Below, one piece after another: positions 1-9,262 of a DNA stretch of 32,000 bases; the stretch's first letter is position 1, and every line of letters begins with the position of its first letter. The stretch is from Desulfobulbus propionicus DSM 2032. GTDB taxonomy: Bacteria > Desulfobacterota > Desulfobulbia > Desulfobulbales > Desulfobulbaceae. The stretch lies in contig NC_014972.1 of assembly GCF_000186885.1 (NCBI RefSeq), positions 2,910,001 through 2,942,000 on the forward strand, given 5' to 3'. The notes below the pieces were generated by a model, which was not told the DNA's origin, did no database searches, and saw only the letters and a program-made list of their open reading frames with translations. The position numbers and the translations under genes were made by a program.

Positions 1-884
1 CCGAATCCCTCGGCCACGCTGGTGGTCACCGCCACATCGGCCAGCCGGAGCAGCTCGACAAAACTGTATCGGTCCGGCCGTACCATCTCGAAATGCACCG
101 GCAGTGCCAACTCCGTGGCCACCCGCTTCCACCGCTGATAGCGCGGTTGTTCCAGCGGATTTTCCGGTCCGGAGGTCACCGCAAACAAGGCGTCTTCGGG
201 GGCCAGGATCGACCAGAGGAGAAATTCCCCCAGATTCTTGCGTCGGATGGCGCGGGTGGGATAGAGCCACAGGGAAGGCAACTCGGCGCGAGTGGGCTTG
301 TCCTCGTCAATCTGACCGAGCTCCACCGGGTTGGGCAGGGAGTGGAGATGTTCGGCATCAAGGCCGGCATCACGCAGGTAGCGGTAATCGCGGCTGTTGA
401 GCACCGCATAATGCAGATGCCCCGCCTGGGGGTAGAGCAAACGGGACAGGGATGTTCCCCGGCTTGCCGCCATCCTGGCGCGCATGGCTTGATAGTTGGC
501 CGGGCGGCCGTCCTCGGCGAAATCATGGATCTGCAGGAGCAGGTGCTCACCCTCTTCGGCCAGTTGGCGCAAAGCCACGGGCAAGACCAGGCTCTTGCCC
601 AGACTGTGATTATGCACATGCCACAGATCGGGCGGGCCGCCCAGGGCCGCGCTTGCCTCCGCCCGCATCTGGGCGGCCAGCTCCACGGCGGTGATCGCCG
701 GCCGATCCGCCTCGTACTGCAATCCGGGAACAACCCGCCAGGGACCATGGACCTGCACGGCCGGCGGCTTGCCGGTGAGCGCCACGGTTTTCAGGCCACG
801 GTCGCCCAGGGCCTTTTGCAGGTGGCAGATGATCCGGGTCACGCCGCCGTTCTGCAGATGATAATGAACAATGGCCACCCGCAT
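1..884 (-). CDS. GT4-like glycosyltransferase, C-terminus truncated by left window edge
   Basis: Not in the ORF track because it runs off the window. My reverse-strand reading from ATG at 884 gives MRVAIVHYHLQNGGVTRIICHLQKALGDRGLKTVALTGKPP...DLWHVHNHSLGKS...LLLQIHDFAED...YPTRAIRRKNLGEFLLW...VAVTTSVAEGFG, open to base 1. N-terminal Rossmann-like GGVTR segment and an EGFG segment are typical of GT-B retaining glycosyltransferases. Starts 4 nt from the stop of the upstream gpgS-like gene. Confidence 0.82.
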   Translation of the reverse strand, partial: MRVAIVHYHLQNGGVTRIICHLQKALGDRGLKTVALTGKPPAVQVHGPWRVVPGLQYEADRPAITAVELAAQMRAEASAALGGPPDLWHVHNHSLGKSLVLPVALRQLAEEGEHLLLQIHDFAEDGRPANYQAMRARMAASRGTSLSRLLYPQAGHLHYAVLNSRDYRYLRDAGLDAEHLHSLPNPVELGQIDEDKPTRAELPSLWLYPTRAIRRKNLGEFLLWSILAPEDALFAVTSGPENPLEQPRYQRWKRVATELALPVHFEMVRPDRYSFVELLRLADVAVTTSVAEGF

Positions 885-887
885 GGA

Positions 888-1922
888 TCAGCCCTCCGAG
901 ACAACGGTCGCCGGTTCAGCGGCTGCGACGGACTCGGCACCGGCCAGCTCCCTCTTGCGGCGGTAGGCAGCCACCCGGACCAGCGGCGGCCGTTCATGTT
1001 CCGCCAGCCGATGCACCTCCCGTTGCCAGTGCCCCTGCCGACGGACAAACTGGTGCAAACCGTTGGCACATTCCAACGACGCCGCCAGGACGCCCCGCTG
1101 CCACAGCCGCCGATGCACGACCTGGAGCAGGGCATGGGCCATGCGCCCCAATTCCCGGTTGCTGCGGCGGCGGTGGTCGCGACGTTCCAGATCGACCTGG
1201 GCCAGGGAGGCCAGGCCATGTGCGGTCCAGACATCGATCAGATGGGCCAGTTCAACGCCATACCCCACCGGAAAGGGTAACTGTTCGAGCACCGATCGGC
1301 GGGCGGCGTACTCGCCGGCAAGCGGCTGGATGCAGTCGGCCAGTGCAGGGAAATAGAGGGAAAGCAGCGGTCGGATCAGGATCTCCGTCACCCTGCCGCC
1401 CTCACCCCAAGGGTCATCGGCGCCGCCGGCAGGACGATCGTAGAAGGCCTTGACATAGCCGAGATCGGGCCGGTGCAGCAGTGGCCCAACCAGCCCGGTG
1501 ACGAATCGCGGCCGAAGGTTGGTGATATCGGCATCGATGAACAGCAGAATATCGCCCTTGAGCTGATGGACCGCCTTCCACAGGTTTTCACCTTTGCCCC
1601 GGTACCGGCCCAGGTGCGGCAGGATATCGGCGGCACGGTACACATCCGCTCCCGCGGCGGCGGCCAGCTCCAGGGTTCGGTCCGTTGAACCGGAATCGAT
1701 CACCGCCAATTCATCGAGCAGGTGAACCGTATCCCGCAACGGCCGCAGCCGATCGACCACCATGCCGATGGTTGCCGCCTCGTTCAAGGTGGGAAAGCAC
1801 AACGACAGCCGCACCCCCTGCCGCGCCTTCAGCCGAACCAGGGCGGCAACATCGGCGAACTGCTCGTGATGAAAGGTGTGGGTTGCCAGCCATTGATCGG
1901 TTCTGTCCATTCGGCCCCTCAC
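888..1922 (-). CDS. gpgS: Glucosyl-3-phosphoglycerate synthase-like GT-A glycosyltransferase
   Basis: 344 aa; SLCFPTLNEAATIG...ELAVIDSGSTDRTLELAAAAGADVY...GRYRGKGENLWKAVHQLKGDILLFIDADITNLRPRFVTGLVGPLL...YVKAFYDRP matches the GpgS family pattern. Confidence 0.85.
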   Translation of the reverse strand: MRGRMDRTDQWLATHTFHHEQFADVAALVRLKARQGVRLSLCFPTLNEAATIGMVVDRLRPLRDTVHLLDELAVIDSGSTDRTLELAAAAGADVYRAADILPHLGRYRGKGENLWKAVHQLKGDILLFIDADITNLRPRFVTGLVGPLLHRPDLGYVKAFYDRPAGGADDPWGEGGRVTEILIRPLLSLYFPALADCIQPLAGEYAARRSVLEQLPFPVGYGVELAHLIDVWTAHGLASLAQVDLERRDHRRRSNRELGRMAHALLQVVHRRLWQRGVLAASLECANGLHQFVRRQGHWQREVHRLAEHERPPLVRVAAYRRKRELAGAESVAAAEPATVVSEG

Positions 1923-2303
1923 GGTGTCGATTCAAGCCCACAGGGTGGCAGCGGCTGAACGCCGTCCCCGCTGACTGGCACGCCGTGCGCCGTCAAGTCG
2001 CTCCCCAAGAAAAAAGTGCCTGGCGCGAATCGATATCTTATTAAAAATTAAATTATTTCGATTATATGCACGAGAGCACTGCAAATCAAGCCCGGCGTGT
2101 CCTCTCGCGGCTAAATCTCTGTTTCGCGGCCGCCGCAGCGGGACGCCGCTTCCTCCCGCCAGGGGCCGCACACGGTACCGCAGTCGGCATCAAGCGGCAA
2201 CAGCTCAATATTTCACTCTTTTTTCGCAAATAAAGGCTTGCTGAACAGAAGGCGACCTTATATGCTGGGCGAATAAAAATACATTTTGTCCTCCAGGTCT
2301 CTC

Positions 2304-3017
2304 ATGTCGGAATCACTCGCCTGCACCGTGTTACTTTTTGAAGACGACCCCGCCATCCGCGCCATGCTCGCCGCCTTTTTCTCCACCCAGGGGGCCAAGG
2401 TGGTGACCGCGGAGGACGGCCGCGAGGCCATGGCCCGAATCGAGGCGGCCCGGCCCGACGTGCTGTTGCTCGACGTGGTCATGCCCTACCGCGATGGCTT
2501 GTCCATTCTCGCGGAGCTGCGCTCGGTGGATGTCGAGCTGCCGGTCATCCTTCTCACCGAACGAAACGGCGAGGACGACAAGGTCACCGGCCTGGATCAC
2601 GGAGCTGACGATTATCTCACCAAACCCTTCAGCCCCCGTGAACTGCTCGCCAGGGTGCGGGCGCTGTTGAGGCGGAGCAAACGGTCCGGGGCCAGCGGCG
2701 GGCAGCACTTGATCGTCGGCCAGGTCCGCATCGATCCCGCCGCCCGGGAAGTCCGCCTGCCGGACGCCTCCCTCCTGCCCCTGACCAAGACCGAGTTCGA
2801 TCTCCTCTACCACCTGGCATCCAGGCCGGGTGCGGTGGTCACCCACGGCGAGCTGCTCCAGGAGGTGCTGGGCTACGATCCCCACGTCGAAACCAAATCC
2901 CTGGTGATGCACATCGCCAACATCCGGCGCAAAATCGATCGAACCTGCCCCCAGGCCCTGAGCATCAAGTCCGTGGCCGGTGTCGGTTACAAACTCATTC
3001 CCGGAGAGGCCCGATAA
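2304..3017 (+). CDS. OmpR/PhoB-family response regulator (REC + winged helix)
   Basis: VLLFEDDPAIRAML, DVLLLDVVMPYRDG (phospho-acceptor Asp), DYLTKPFSPRELLARVRALLRR, C-terminal wHTH LTKTEFDLLYHLASRPGAVVTHGELLQEVLGY...VMHIANIRRKID. ORF track opens at a TTG at 2286; ATG 2304 (MSESLACT) is the more likely start. Confidence 0.93.
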   Translation: MSESLACTVLLFEDDPAIRAMLAAFFSTQGAKVVTAEDGREAMARIEAARPDVLLLDVVMPYRDGLSILAELRSVDVELPVILLTERNGEDDKVTGLDHGADDYLTKPFSPRELLARVRALLRRSKRSGASGGQHLIVGQVRIDPAAREVRLPDASLLPLTKTEFDLLYHLASRPGAVVTHGELLQEVLGYDPHVETKSLVMHIANIRRKIDRTCPQALSIKSVAGVGYKLIPGEAR

Positions 3018-3050
3018 TCCGTCTGCTCCGCGCACCCCTGCGAGGTTCCC

Positions 3051-4721
3051 ATGTCCGTCTTCCATCCGACCCGTCTCTCCCTGCCGCTTGTCCTGCTGGC
3101 CGTCCTGCTCTGCCTGACTCTCCCCTGCTCGGCCGCGGAAACGACCAAAGAGGAGGCCATGGTGCCGCTGCATGTGGCCGCCGGCACCAACCTGATCCAC
3201 ATCGCCCGCGACTACTGCCGCGACCGCAGCGACTGGAAAACCATCGCCCGCATCAACCAACTGTCCGATCCCTACCTGATCATCCGCGACACGCGTATCC
3301 AGGTGCCGCTGTCACTGCTCGTTATCGAGCGGTTGAGCGCCACGGTGGCGTCAATCCATGGCCAGGTCCATCTGTCCGCCGACGGTCGCGATCCCGTTGC
3401 CCTGCGCCAGGGCGACACCCTGCTCCCCGGCCAGACGGTGCGCACCGGCGCGGACGGCTATACCCACCTGCTCCTGCCGAACAACACCTACACCCGCATC
3501 GAGCCGGATTCCCAGCTGACCCTCAACTATCTGTTGCGCCTCAAGGACGGCAACGTCAAGGCCGACTTCTTCCTCGGCCGGGGCAACGTCATCCACTGGG
3601 TCCAGGACAAGCTGCGCGCCAACGAGAGTTTCCAAACCCGGACCCCGATCGCGGTCACCGGCATTCGCGGCACCGAATTTCGCCTGAAGATGGCCGAAAT
3701 CACGGCCAATACCGTCGAAACCCTGCGCGGCCGGGTCGAGGTCAGCAGCTCGGGCCGCGCAACCACTCTCGGTCCCGGCCAAGGCCTGCGGGTGGAGGAA
3801 GGCCAGCCGCCGCAACCGCCCCGGCCCCTGCCCGATCCACCGGACAAACCGGCCCTGGAGCCGCTCTACCGCAGCCTGCCGGTGATCATCGCCGCCCCGC
3901 CCCATGCGAAGGCCAAGGCCATCCGCCTGCGGATCACCGCCGATCGGCAGACCCAGGCCACCCTCTTTGACCAGAGTGTCGCGCCGGGCGGCCGCTTCAC
4001 CATCGGCACCCTGAGCGACGGCGCCTTGTTCGCCTCTCTGACCGCCATCGACCAGGACAATTTCGAAAGCACGGTGGTGGGCCCGCTGCCGTTCAACCTG
4101 CGCACCGTGCCGGCCAATCCGATGATCGTTTCCCCCAAGTCCGGCTCCACCCTCTGGGGCACCCACGGCACGATCGAATGGCTCGATTCGGACCAGGTCG
4201 ATCACTACGATCTCCAGCTGGCGAGGAACCCGGAGTTCACCGACCTCATCGACCGCCAGCAGATCAAGGAGGCCCGTTACACCAGCCCCGAGCTGCAACC
4301 GGGCACCTACTATTTCCGGGTCAAGGCCGTGGCCCCGGACGGCTTCACCACCCTGTACTCCATCCCGGTGGCCTGGACCTTGAAACCGGCACCCAAGATG
4401 GACGGCATGGAAGCCACCGCCAACCAAAGACCAACCCTACAATGGCCGGCGATGGCCGACGGCTGGGCGTACGACCTGCAGGTGGCCAGCGACAAGGACT
4501 TCGGCCAGCTGGTGGTCGATCAGCAGGGATTGCCGACCACCTCCTACACCCTGGAGGACATGCTTGCCGCAGGCACCTACCATGTGCGCATCCGTGGGGT
4601 GGAAAACGGTCAGCCGGTCAGTCCGTGGACGCCTCCGCAAACCATGACAGTCAAGCCCAAGCCCTTGGGCTGGGAAGAGCTGTTTTTCGGGGCGGTCACG
4701 CTTGGCCTCATCCTCCTGTGA
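3051..4721 (+). CDS. Secreted LysM-like + FecR-domain protein with Fn3-like C-terminal region
   Basis: 556 aa, signal peptide (LPLVLLAVLLCLTLPCSA). LysM-like HVAAGTNLIHIARDYCRDRSDWKTIARINQLSDPYLIIRDTRIQVP. FecR segment LLPGQTVRTGADGYTHLLLPNNTYTRIEPDSQLTL...TRTPIAVTGIRGTEFRL. C-terminal hydrophobic segment. RBS-like GAGG upstream of ATG 3051. Confidence 0.85.
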   Translation: MSVFHPTRLSLPLVLLAVLLCLTLPCSAAETTKEEAMVPLHVAAGTNLIHIARDYCRDRSDWKTIARINQLSDPYLIIRDTRIQVPLSLLVIERLSATVASIHGQVHLSADGRDPVALRQGDTLLPGQTVRTGADGYTHLLLPNNTYTRIEPDSQLTLNYLLRLKDGNVKADFFLGRGNVIHWVQDKLRANESFQTRTPIAVTGIRGTEFRLKMAEITANTVETLRGRVEVSSSGRATTLGPGQGLRVEEGQPPQPPRPLPDPPDKPALEPLYRSLPVIIAAPPHAKAKAIRLRITADRQTQATLFDQSVAPGGRFTIGTLSDGALFASLTAIDQDNFESTVVGPLPFNLRTVPANPMIVSPKSGSTLWGTHGTIEWLDSDQVDHYDLQLARNPEFTDLIDRQQIKEARYTSPELQPGTYYFRVKAVAPDGFTTLYSIPVAWTLKPAPKMDGMEATANQRPTLQWPAMADGWAYDLQVASDKDFGQLVVDQQGLPTTSYTLEDMLAAGTYHVRIRGVENGQPVSPWTPPQTMTVKPKPLGWEELFFGAVTLGLILL

Positions 4722-4739
4722 CAGGAGAGGGACGGCCCG

Positions 4740-6992
4740 GTGAGCAAGCGATTGGCCGCGCCGGTGCTGGCGCTGCTGCTCCTGGGCCTGTTCCAGCTGG
4801 GCGGCCTGCGCCCAGGCCTGAGCAACGACGGACTCGACCTGCTGTTCAGGCTGCGCGGTCCGCAGCCACCGGACCAACGCATCGTCCTCATCGGTATCGA
4901 TGAACCCAGCCTGCGCCGGCTGGGGGCTTGGCCCTTTGCCCGCCGTCTCCATGCCCAACTGCTCGACCGTCTCCGCCAAGCCAAGGCCGTGGGCTTTGAT
5001 CTGCTCTTTCCCGAACCGTCAGCAGACGACAGCCTCTTCAACCAGGCCCTCGCCCAGGGATCGCCGGTGGTCCTGGCCGTGGCCCATGAACGCGATGGCC
5101 GCCTGGCGCGGCCTGCTCCCACCCTCGACGGCTCCAGGGGCCTCGGCCATATCGAAACCCAGCTGGCCGGTGACGGCATCGTCCGCCGGGTCAATCTGGA
5201 CAGCCTGGGAGATGTTGCCCCCTTTTCCCTTGCCCTGCTGCAAGCCGCGGCGATCACCTCGCCGCTGCCCGTACCTGTGGGCCCACAGATCATCAACTTC
5301 CACGGTCCGGAAGAGAGTTTTCTCTTCCTGTCCTACCACGAGGTTCTCAGCGGTCGCTATCCGCCGGCATTCTTCCGCGACCGCCTGGTGCTGGTCGGCG
5401 CTCGGGCCGTCGGCCTGGGCGACAGCCACATCACCGCTTTTACCAGGGAGCTGCCCACGCCGGGGGTCGAGATCCAGGCCACCATTGTCAGCAACTTGTT
5501 GCAACAGGCCTTCATTCGTCCCCTGCCGCTGGTCGCGTGGCTGCTGATCGGCCTGATCGGCCTGCTGGCGGTGCTGGTCTGGCCCGACTGCGGCGAACGG
5601 GTCAACCTCGTGGTCAACCTCGCACTGGCGGCAGCCATTTTCCTCCTGGCCCTGTTCCTCTTCCGTCAGGCCTGCTTTGTCGACTATCCGCTGGTCCTGC
5701 TCTTTCTCTTCCTGGCCTACCCCATTCACCTGCTCCTCCAGTTGCTCCGAGCCGCGAGCCGTATCCTCCTCCAGGCACGGCGGCTTGACCGTGAGCTCGA
5801 TGCCGGCCTGCGCCTGGTGGCCGGCACCATTCCCGCCCCCTATCTGCGCACCGCCCACCGGGCCAACCCGCTCACCGCTTCCGCCATCCAACGTCATCTC
5901 GACCGGCTGCAGACGGCGGTGCATGCCCTCGGTCTGCAACACCACTTTCTCGAACAGTTGCTCAAGGAGGAATTGCCGCCGCTGATTCTGTGGGAACAGG
6001 CAAGCGGCCACGCCCTGTTCGCCAACAGCGCCTTTGTCCGCCTCTGGCAGGACTGCACTGGAGCGGGCCAGCCCCTGCCGTCGCACCCTCGTTTTCTCGA
6101 AACGATCGCCGGTTCCCAGGCCACGGAAAACGATCTGCCTCCATTTCGCGACCCAGGCACCTTCGAGGTGCTCGGCCCCGGCGGCCGACGGTTCTACCAG
6201 GTCGAGCTGCATCCCCTGCTGGCACCCAAGACCGGTTTTCACGGCCTGCTGGCGGTGCTGCAGGACATCACGGGGATCAAGGAACTGGAGCGAGTCAAGG
6301 ACGAGGTGGTGGCCATTGTCTCCCACGAGCTGAGACTTCCGCTGACCACCATCCTGGGCTATGGCGAGCTGCTCAGCGACGCGCTCAGCGGCGATCATCA
6401 GTTGTACGCCCGCGAGATCTGCGGCCAGTCGCGGCGGCTGCAACGGATGATCGAGGATTTTCTCGATATCGCCCGCCTGGAAAGCGGCCGCACCCAGGTC
6501 CGCCGCTTTCCCTTTCCGCCCGGGCGGATGCTGGAGGACGCCATCGCCGCCGTGGGGGATCGGGCGCGGCGCAAAGCCATCGCCATTGTGCTCAACCAGC
6601 CCCGCCGGACCACGCCCCTGGTCGGTGACGAATCCCTGCTTCTTCAGGCCCTCATCAACCTGCTGGACAACGCGATCAAATTCAGTCCCGCGCAGACCAC
6701 CGTCACCGTCGACCTGGAAGAGCAGCCCGCCTGCTTCCTCTTCCGGATCGCCGATCAGGGGCCGGGCATTGCCGTTGAAGATCGGGCGCGGATCTTCGAC
6801 AAGTTCCAGCGTGGCCGCCAGGCCGCCACCGCCGAAGGCTTTGGCCTCGGGCTCCATCTGGTCCGCCAAATCGTCGAACGTCATCAGGGACGGATCGAGG
6901 TGCTGGAGGCCGTCGCAGGCGCGATCTTCCAGATTGTGCTGCCCAAGCGGGAGACCGCCGCTCATCCGGAGGAAGCCGAATCATGCGCGTGA
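4740..6992 (+). CDS. CHASE2 domain - PAS-like - HisKA/HATPase_c sensor histidine kinase
   Basis: 750 aa. CHASE2-like extracytoplasmic region (LDLLFRLRGPQPPDQRIVLIGIDEPSLRRLGAWPFARRLHAQLLDRLRQAKAVGFDLLFPEPS), three hydrophobic segments at about aa 260-340, PAS-like region ending in VLQDITGIKELERVKDEVVAIVSHELRLPLTTILGY (H box), then LINLLDNAIKFSPAQTTVTV (N box) and ADQGPGIAVEDRARIFDKFQRG...GLGLHLVRQIVERHQG. GTG start preceded by AGGAGAGG. Confidence 0.92.
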   Translation: MSKRLAAPVLALLLLGLFQLGGLRPGLSNDGLDLLFRLRGPQPPDQRIVLIGIDEPSLRRLGAWPFARRLHAQLLDRLRQAKAVGFDLLFPEPSADDSLFNQALAQGSPVVLAVAHERDGRLARPAPTLDGSRGLGHIETQLAGDGIVRRVNLDSLGDVAPFSLALLQAAAITSPLPVPVGPQIINFHGPEESFLFLSYHEVLSGRYPPAFFRDRLVLVGARAVGLGDSHITAFTRELPTPGVEIQATIVSNLLQQAFIRPLPLVAWLLIGLIGLLAVLVWPDCGERVNLVVNLALAAAIFLLALFLFRQACFVDYPLVLLFLFLAYPIHLLLQLLRAASRILLQARRLDRELDAGLRLVAGTIPAPYLRTAHRANPLTASAIQRHLDRLQTAVHALGLQHHFLEQLLKEELPPLILWEQASGHALFANSAFVRLWQDCTGAGQPLPSHPRFLETIAGSQATENDLPPFRDPGTFEVLGPGGRRFYQVELHPLLAPKTGFHGLLAVLQDITGIKELERVKDEVVAIVSHELRLPLTTILGYGELLSDALSGDHQLYAREICGQSRRLQRMIEDFLDIARLESGRTQVRRFPFPPGRMLEDAIAAVGDRARRKAIAIVLNQPRRTTPLVGDESLLLQALINLLDNAIKFSPAQTTVTVDLEEQPACFLFRIADQGPGIAVEDRARIFDKFQRGRQAATAEGFGLGLHLVRQIVERHQGRIEVLEAVAGAIFQIVLPKRETAAHPEEAESCA

Positions 6993-9031
6993 TCCGTGTT
7001 CTCGTCATCCCCCTGCTGGTCGTCCTGCTGACCCTGCTCGCCTTTCGCCTCGCCTGGATGGAACGGCTTGTCCCGACGGCGTTGAGCTGGGTGGGCATTC
7101 AGCAGGCGCGCCTGGACCTGCACAGCTGGAACTGGCAGGAAATACGCATCGACAGCCTGCATCTGGCCCTCGACCACGCACCCGGCCCGGTGTCGATCAC
7201 CGTTACCGACGCGGTGCTGCGCTATCGGCTTGCCGACCTGCTGCGCGGGCAGCTCGCCGAGGTCACCGCCACCACGGTCGCCATTTCCCTGCCGACGGCC
7301 GGTGTCGAGCGGAACCAATCGTTTGCCGGCGGAACGCCTGATCCGAAATCCCTCGTCGATGCGCTCCACCTGCGTCATCTGCCGGCACGGCAACTGCATC
7401 TTCCACGGCTGTCGGTCGATTTTGGCCCCTTGGCCTCCACCAACCCGTTGGTTCTGTCCGTGACGCTGCGCAGCAGCGACAACGAAAGCCGCCTGAACAT
7501 CGTCACTGTGGGCAAGGAAAAAACGCCTCCCCTTGCCGTGGACCTGCACCGCACCGAGGCAGGACTCAACGGCTCGCTTTTCCTCGATTGGCAGCGACTC
7601 CGGGAGTTCCTGCCTCCATCAATGACCGCCGCCCTGCCCGATCAAGGCAGGATCGAGGCCACCCTGCGGTCCACCGCCGACAGCCCCCTGCGTCTGGCAT
7701 GTTCGCTCTCCGGGCTCTGCCATCAATGGTTCAGCGCCGAGAACCTTTCCTTCCACATGATCAGCGCTCAGCCGCTGTCCGCCCGTTCCCTGACCGTTGC
7801 CCCCGCCTCCCGGCTGACGGCACGCGCTGTCCAGGGGCAGGGCTTTGCCGTGGCCGCCCTTGAGGCGGGCCTCGGCGGTTCGCTCGCCATGGACGGCGAC
7901 GGTCTGCGCCTGCACCTTGCCCCTCCTGCCCCCTGGAGCGTCAGCGGACTGACGATGGGATCCCTCCGCCTGGCCCCGCTCCACCTCGCCAATCTTGCCC
8001 TGCATCTGGAGCTGGATCGGTCCGGGCTGCGGGCCGTTTGCACCCTGACGCCGCCCGGCGGCCGCGGAACGCTGCGCGCCGAATGCACACAAGCAGGCGA
8101 AGACACGCGCAAGGGACAGTGCACGGTGCGGAGTGAAGGCCTGCAAATGGATGCGGACCGCAATCCGCTCGCCCTGCTCGTCGAACCGAAGCTGCCTCTT
8201 GCCCTCCACCAGGGAACGCTGACTTTTTCCCTCCAAGGCCGGTGGCAGCCAGGAGCCCCCCTTGCCCTCGATCTGGAACTTGACGGCAAGGTGGCGCGGG
8301 GAACCGCGTTTGCGGCGCCTTTCTCGGGCCTGGTTGTGCAACAACGGCTGCATCTGCTGCCAGCACTACGTTCGATCACCGCTGGCCTGGTGCAGTTGGA
8401 CAAGCTGGAGGGCCCGATCCCGGTCGACCAGCTCACCATGCACACCCGGTTCACGGCCCCTGCGGGCGGTCAGGCCCCCGTGGTGGCCATCGAACGGGCC
8501 GATGCGGCGCTCTTCAACGGCAAGATTCGTTTGGCAAACTGTGTCTATGACCGCGGCAATCCGGACACGGCATGCCTGGTGCGTTTGGACGATCTTGACC
8601 TCCAGCCGATCGTCGCCCTGCAAAAGGTTGACGGCCTGACCGTCACCGGCCGGGTGAGCGGTCAACTGCCGCTGCGGTTCTCGCCCCAAGGGGTCCGCAT
8701 TCACCAGGGCCGAGTGGAAAACATCGGCAGCGGTCTCATTCGCTATCATCCCGCAGGCAACACCCTCGAAGGCTCCCCGCTCACCGTGTATGCCCGCAAC
8801 GCCTTGGAGGAACTGCACTACCAACGGCTGACCGCCCACATCGATTATCTGCCTGACGGAACCCTCACCGTGGCCCTGCATCTCCAGGGGCAGAACCCGA
8901 AACTGGAGGGAGGAAGGGCGGTGCACCTCAACCTCAACACCGAGCAGAATCTGCTTTCTCTCCTCAAAAGTCTTCAGTATAGTCACTCCTTGTCCTCGGA
9001 GCTCGACCGGACCATCCGGCAGCACCGATAA
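6983..9031 (+). CDS. ydbH: YdbH-family AsmA-like intermembrane phospholipid transport protein
   Basis: 682 aa, one N-terminal TM segment. C-terminus GQLPLRFSPQGVRIHQGRVENIGSGLIRYHPAG...ALEELHYQRLTAHIDYLPDGTLTVALHLQGQNPKLEGGRAVHLNLNTEQNLLSLLKSLQ is the characteristic YdbH C-terminal region. Gene order followed by YnbE- and YdbL-like genes supports the call. Overlaps the kinase gene end by 10 nt. Confidence 0.88.
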   Translation: MRVIRVLVIPLLVVLLTLLAFRLAWMERLVPTALSWVGIQQARLDLHSWNWQEIRIDSLHLALDHAPGPVSITVTDAVLRYRLADLLRGQLAEVTATTVAISLPTAGVERNQSFAGGTPDPKSLVDALHLRHLPARQLHLPRLSVDFGPLASTNPLVLSVTLRSSDNESRLNIVTVGKEKTPPLAVDLHRTEAGLNGSLFLDWQRLREFLPPSMTAALPDQGRIEATLRSTADSPLRLACSLSGLCHQWFSAENLSFHMISAQPLSARSLTVAPASRLTARAVQGQGFAVAALEAGLGGSLAMDGDGLRLHLAPPAPWSVSGLTMGSLRLAPLHLANLALHLELDRSGLRAVCTLTPPGGRGTLRAECTQAGEDTRKGQCTVRSEGLQMDADRNPLALLVEPKLPLALHQGTLTFSLQGRWQPGAPLALDLELDGKVARGTAFAAPFSGLVVQQRLHLLPALRSITAGLVQLDKLEGPIPVDQLTMHTRFTAPAGGQAPVVAIERADAALFNGKIRLANCVYDRGNPDTACLVRLDDLDLQPIVALQKVDGLTVTGRVSGQLPLRFSPQGVRIHQGRVENIGSGLIRYHPAGNTLEGSPLTVYARNALEELHYQRLTAHIDYLPDGTLTVALHLQGQNPKLEGGRAVHLNLNTEQNLLSLLKSLQYSHSLSSELDRTIRQHR

Positions 9032-9060
9032 CCTCTCCCTTTTCCCCTGCAGGAGGCTGC

Positions 9061-9249
9061 ATGTCCCGACACCTGGCCTTGCTTGCGCTGGCGGCCTTCG
9101 CCTTTTCCGCCTGCTCTCCGACGGTAACGGTGGCTCCGCCCGACAAGCCAATCACCATCAACCTGAACGTCAAGATCGAACACGAGATCCGCGTCAAGGT
9201 GGAAAAGGAGCTGGAGAGCGTCATCAACCCGGAAAGCGGGCTGTTTTAA
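9061..9249 (+). CDS. ynbE: YnbE-family small lipoprotein
   Basis: 62 aa; lipobox-type signal (LAAFAFSACSP) then TVAPPDKPITINLNVKIEHEIRVKVEKELESVINPESGLF; sits between ydbH- and ydbL-like genes. Confidence 0.88.
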   Translation: MSRHLALLALAAFAFSACSPTVTVAPPDKPITINLNVKIEHEIRVKVEKELESVINPESGLF

Positions 9250-9262
9250 ACGGAGGATACCC

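Noticed and set aside
93-1280. 395-aa plus-strand ORF over the glycosyltransferase genes
   Set aside because: Antisense to two genes with recognisable glycosyltransferase motifs; Gln/Gly/His-rich shadow frame.
5019-6965. 648-aa minus-strand ORF
   Set aside because: Antisense to the CHASE2 kinase gene; no recognisable domain.
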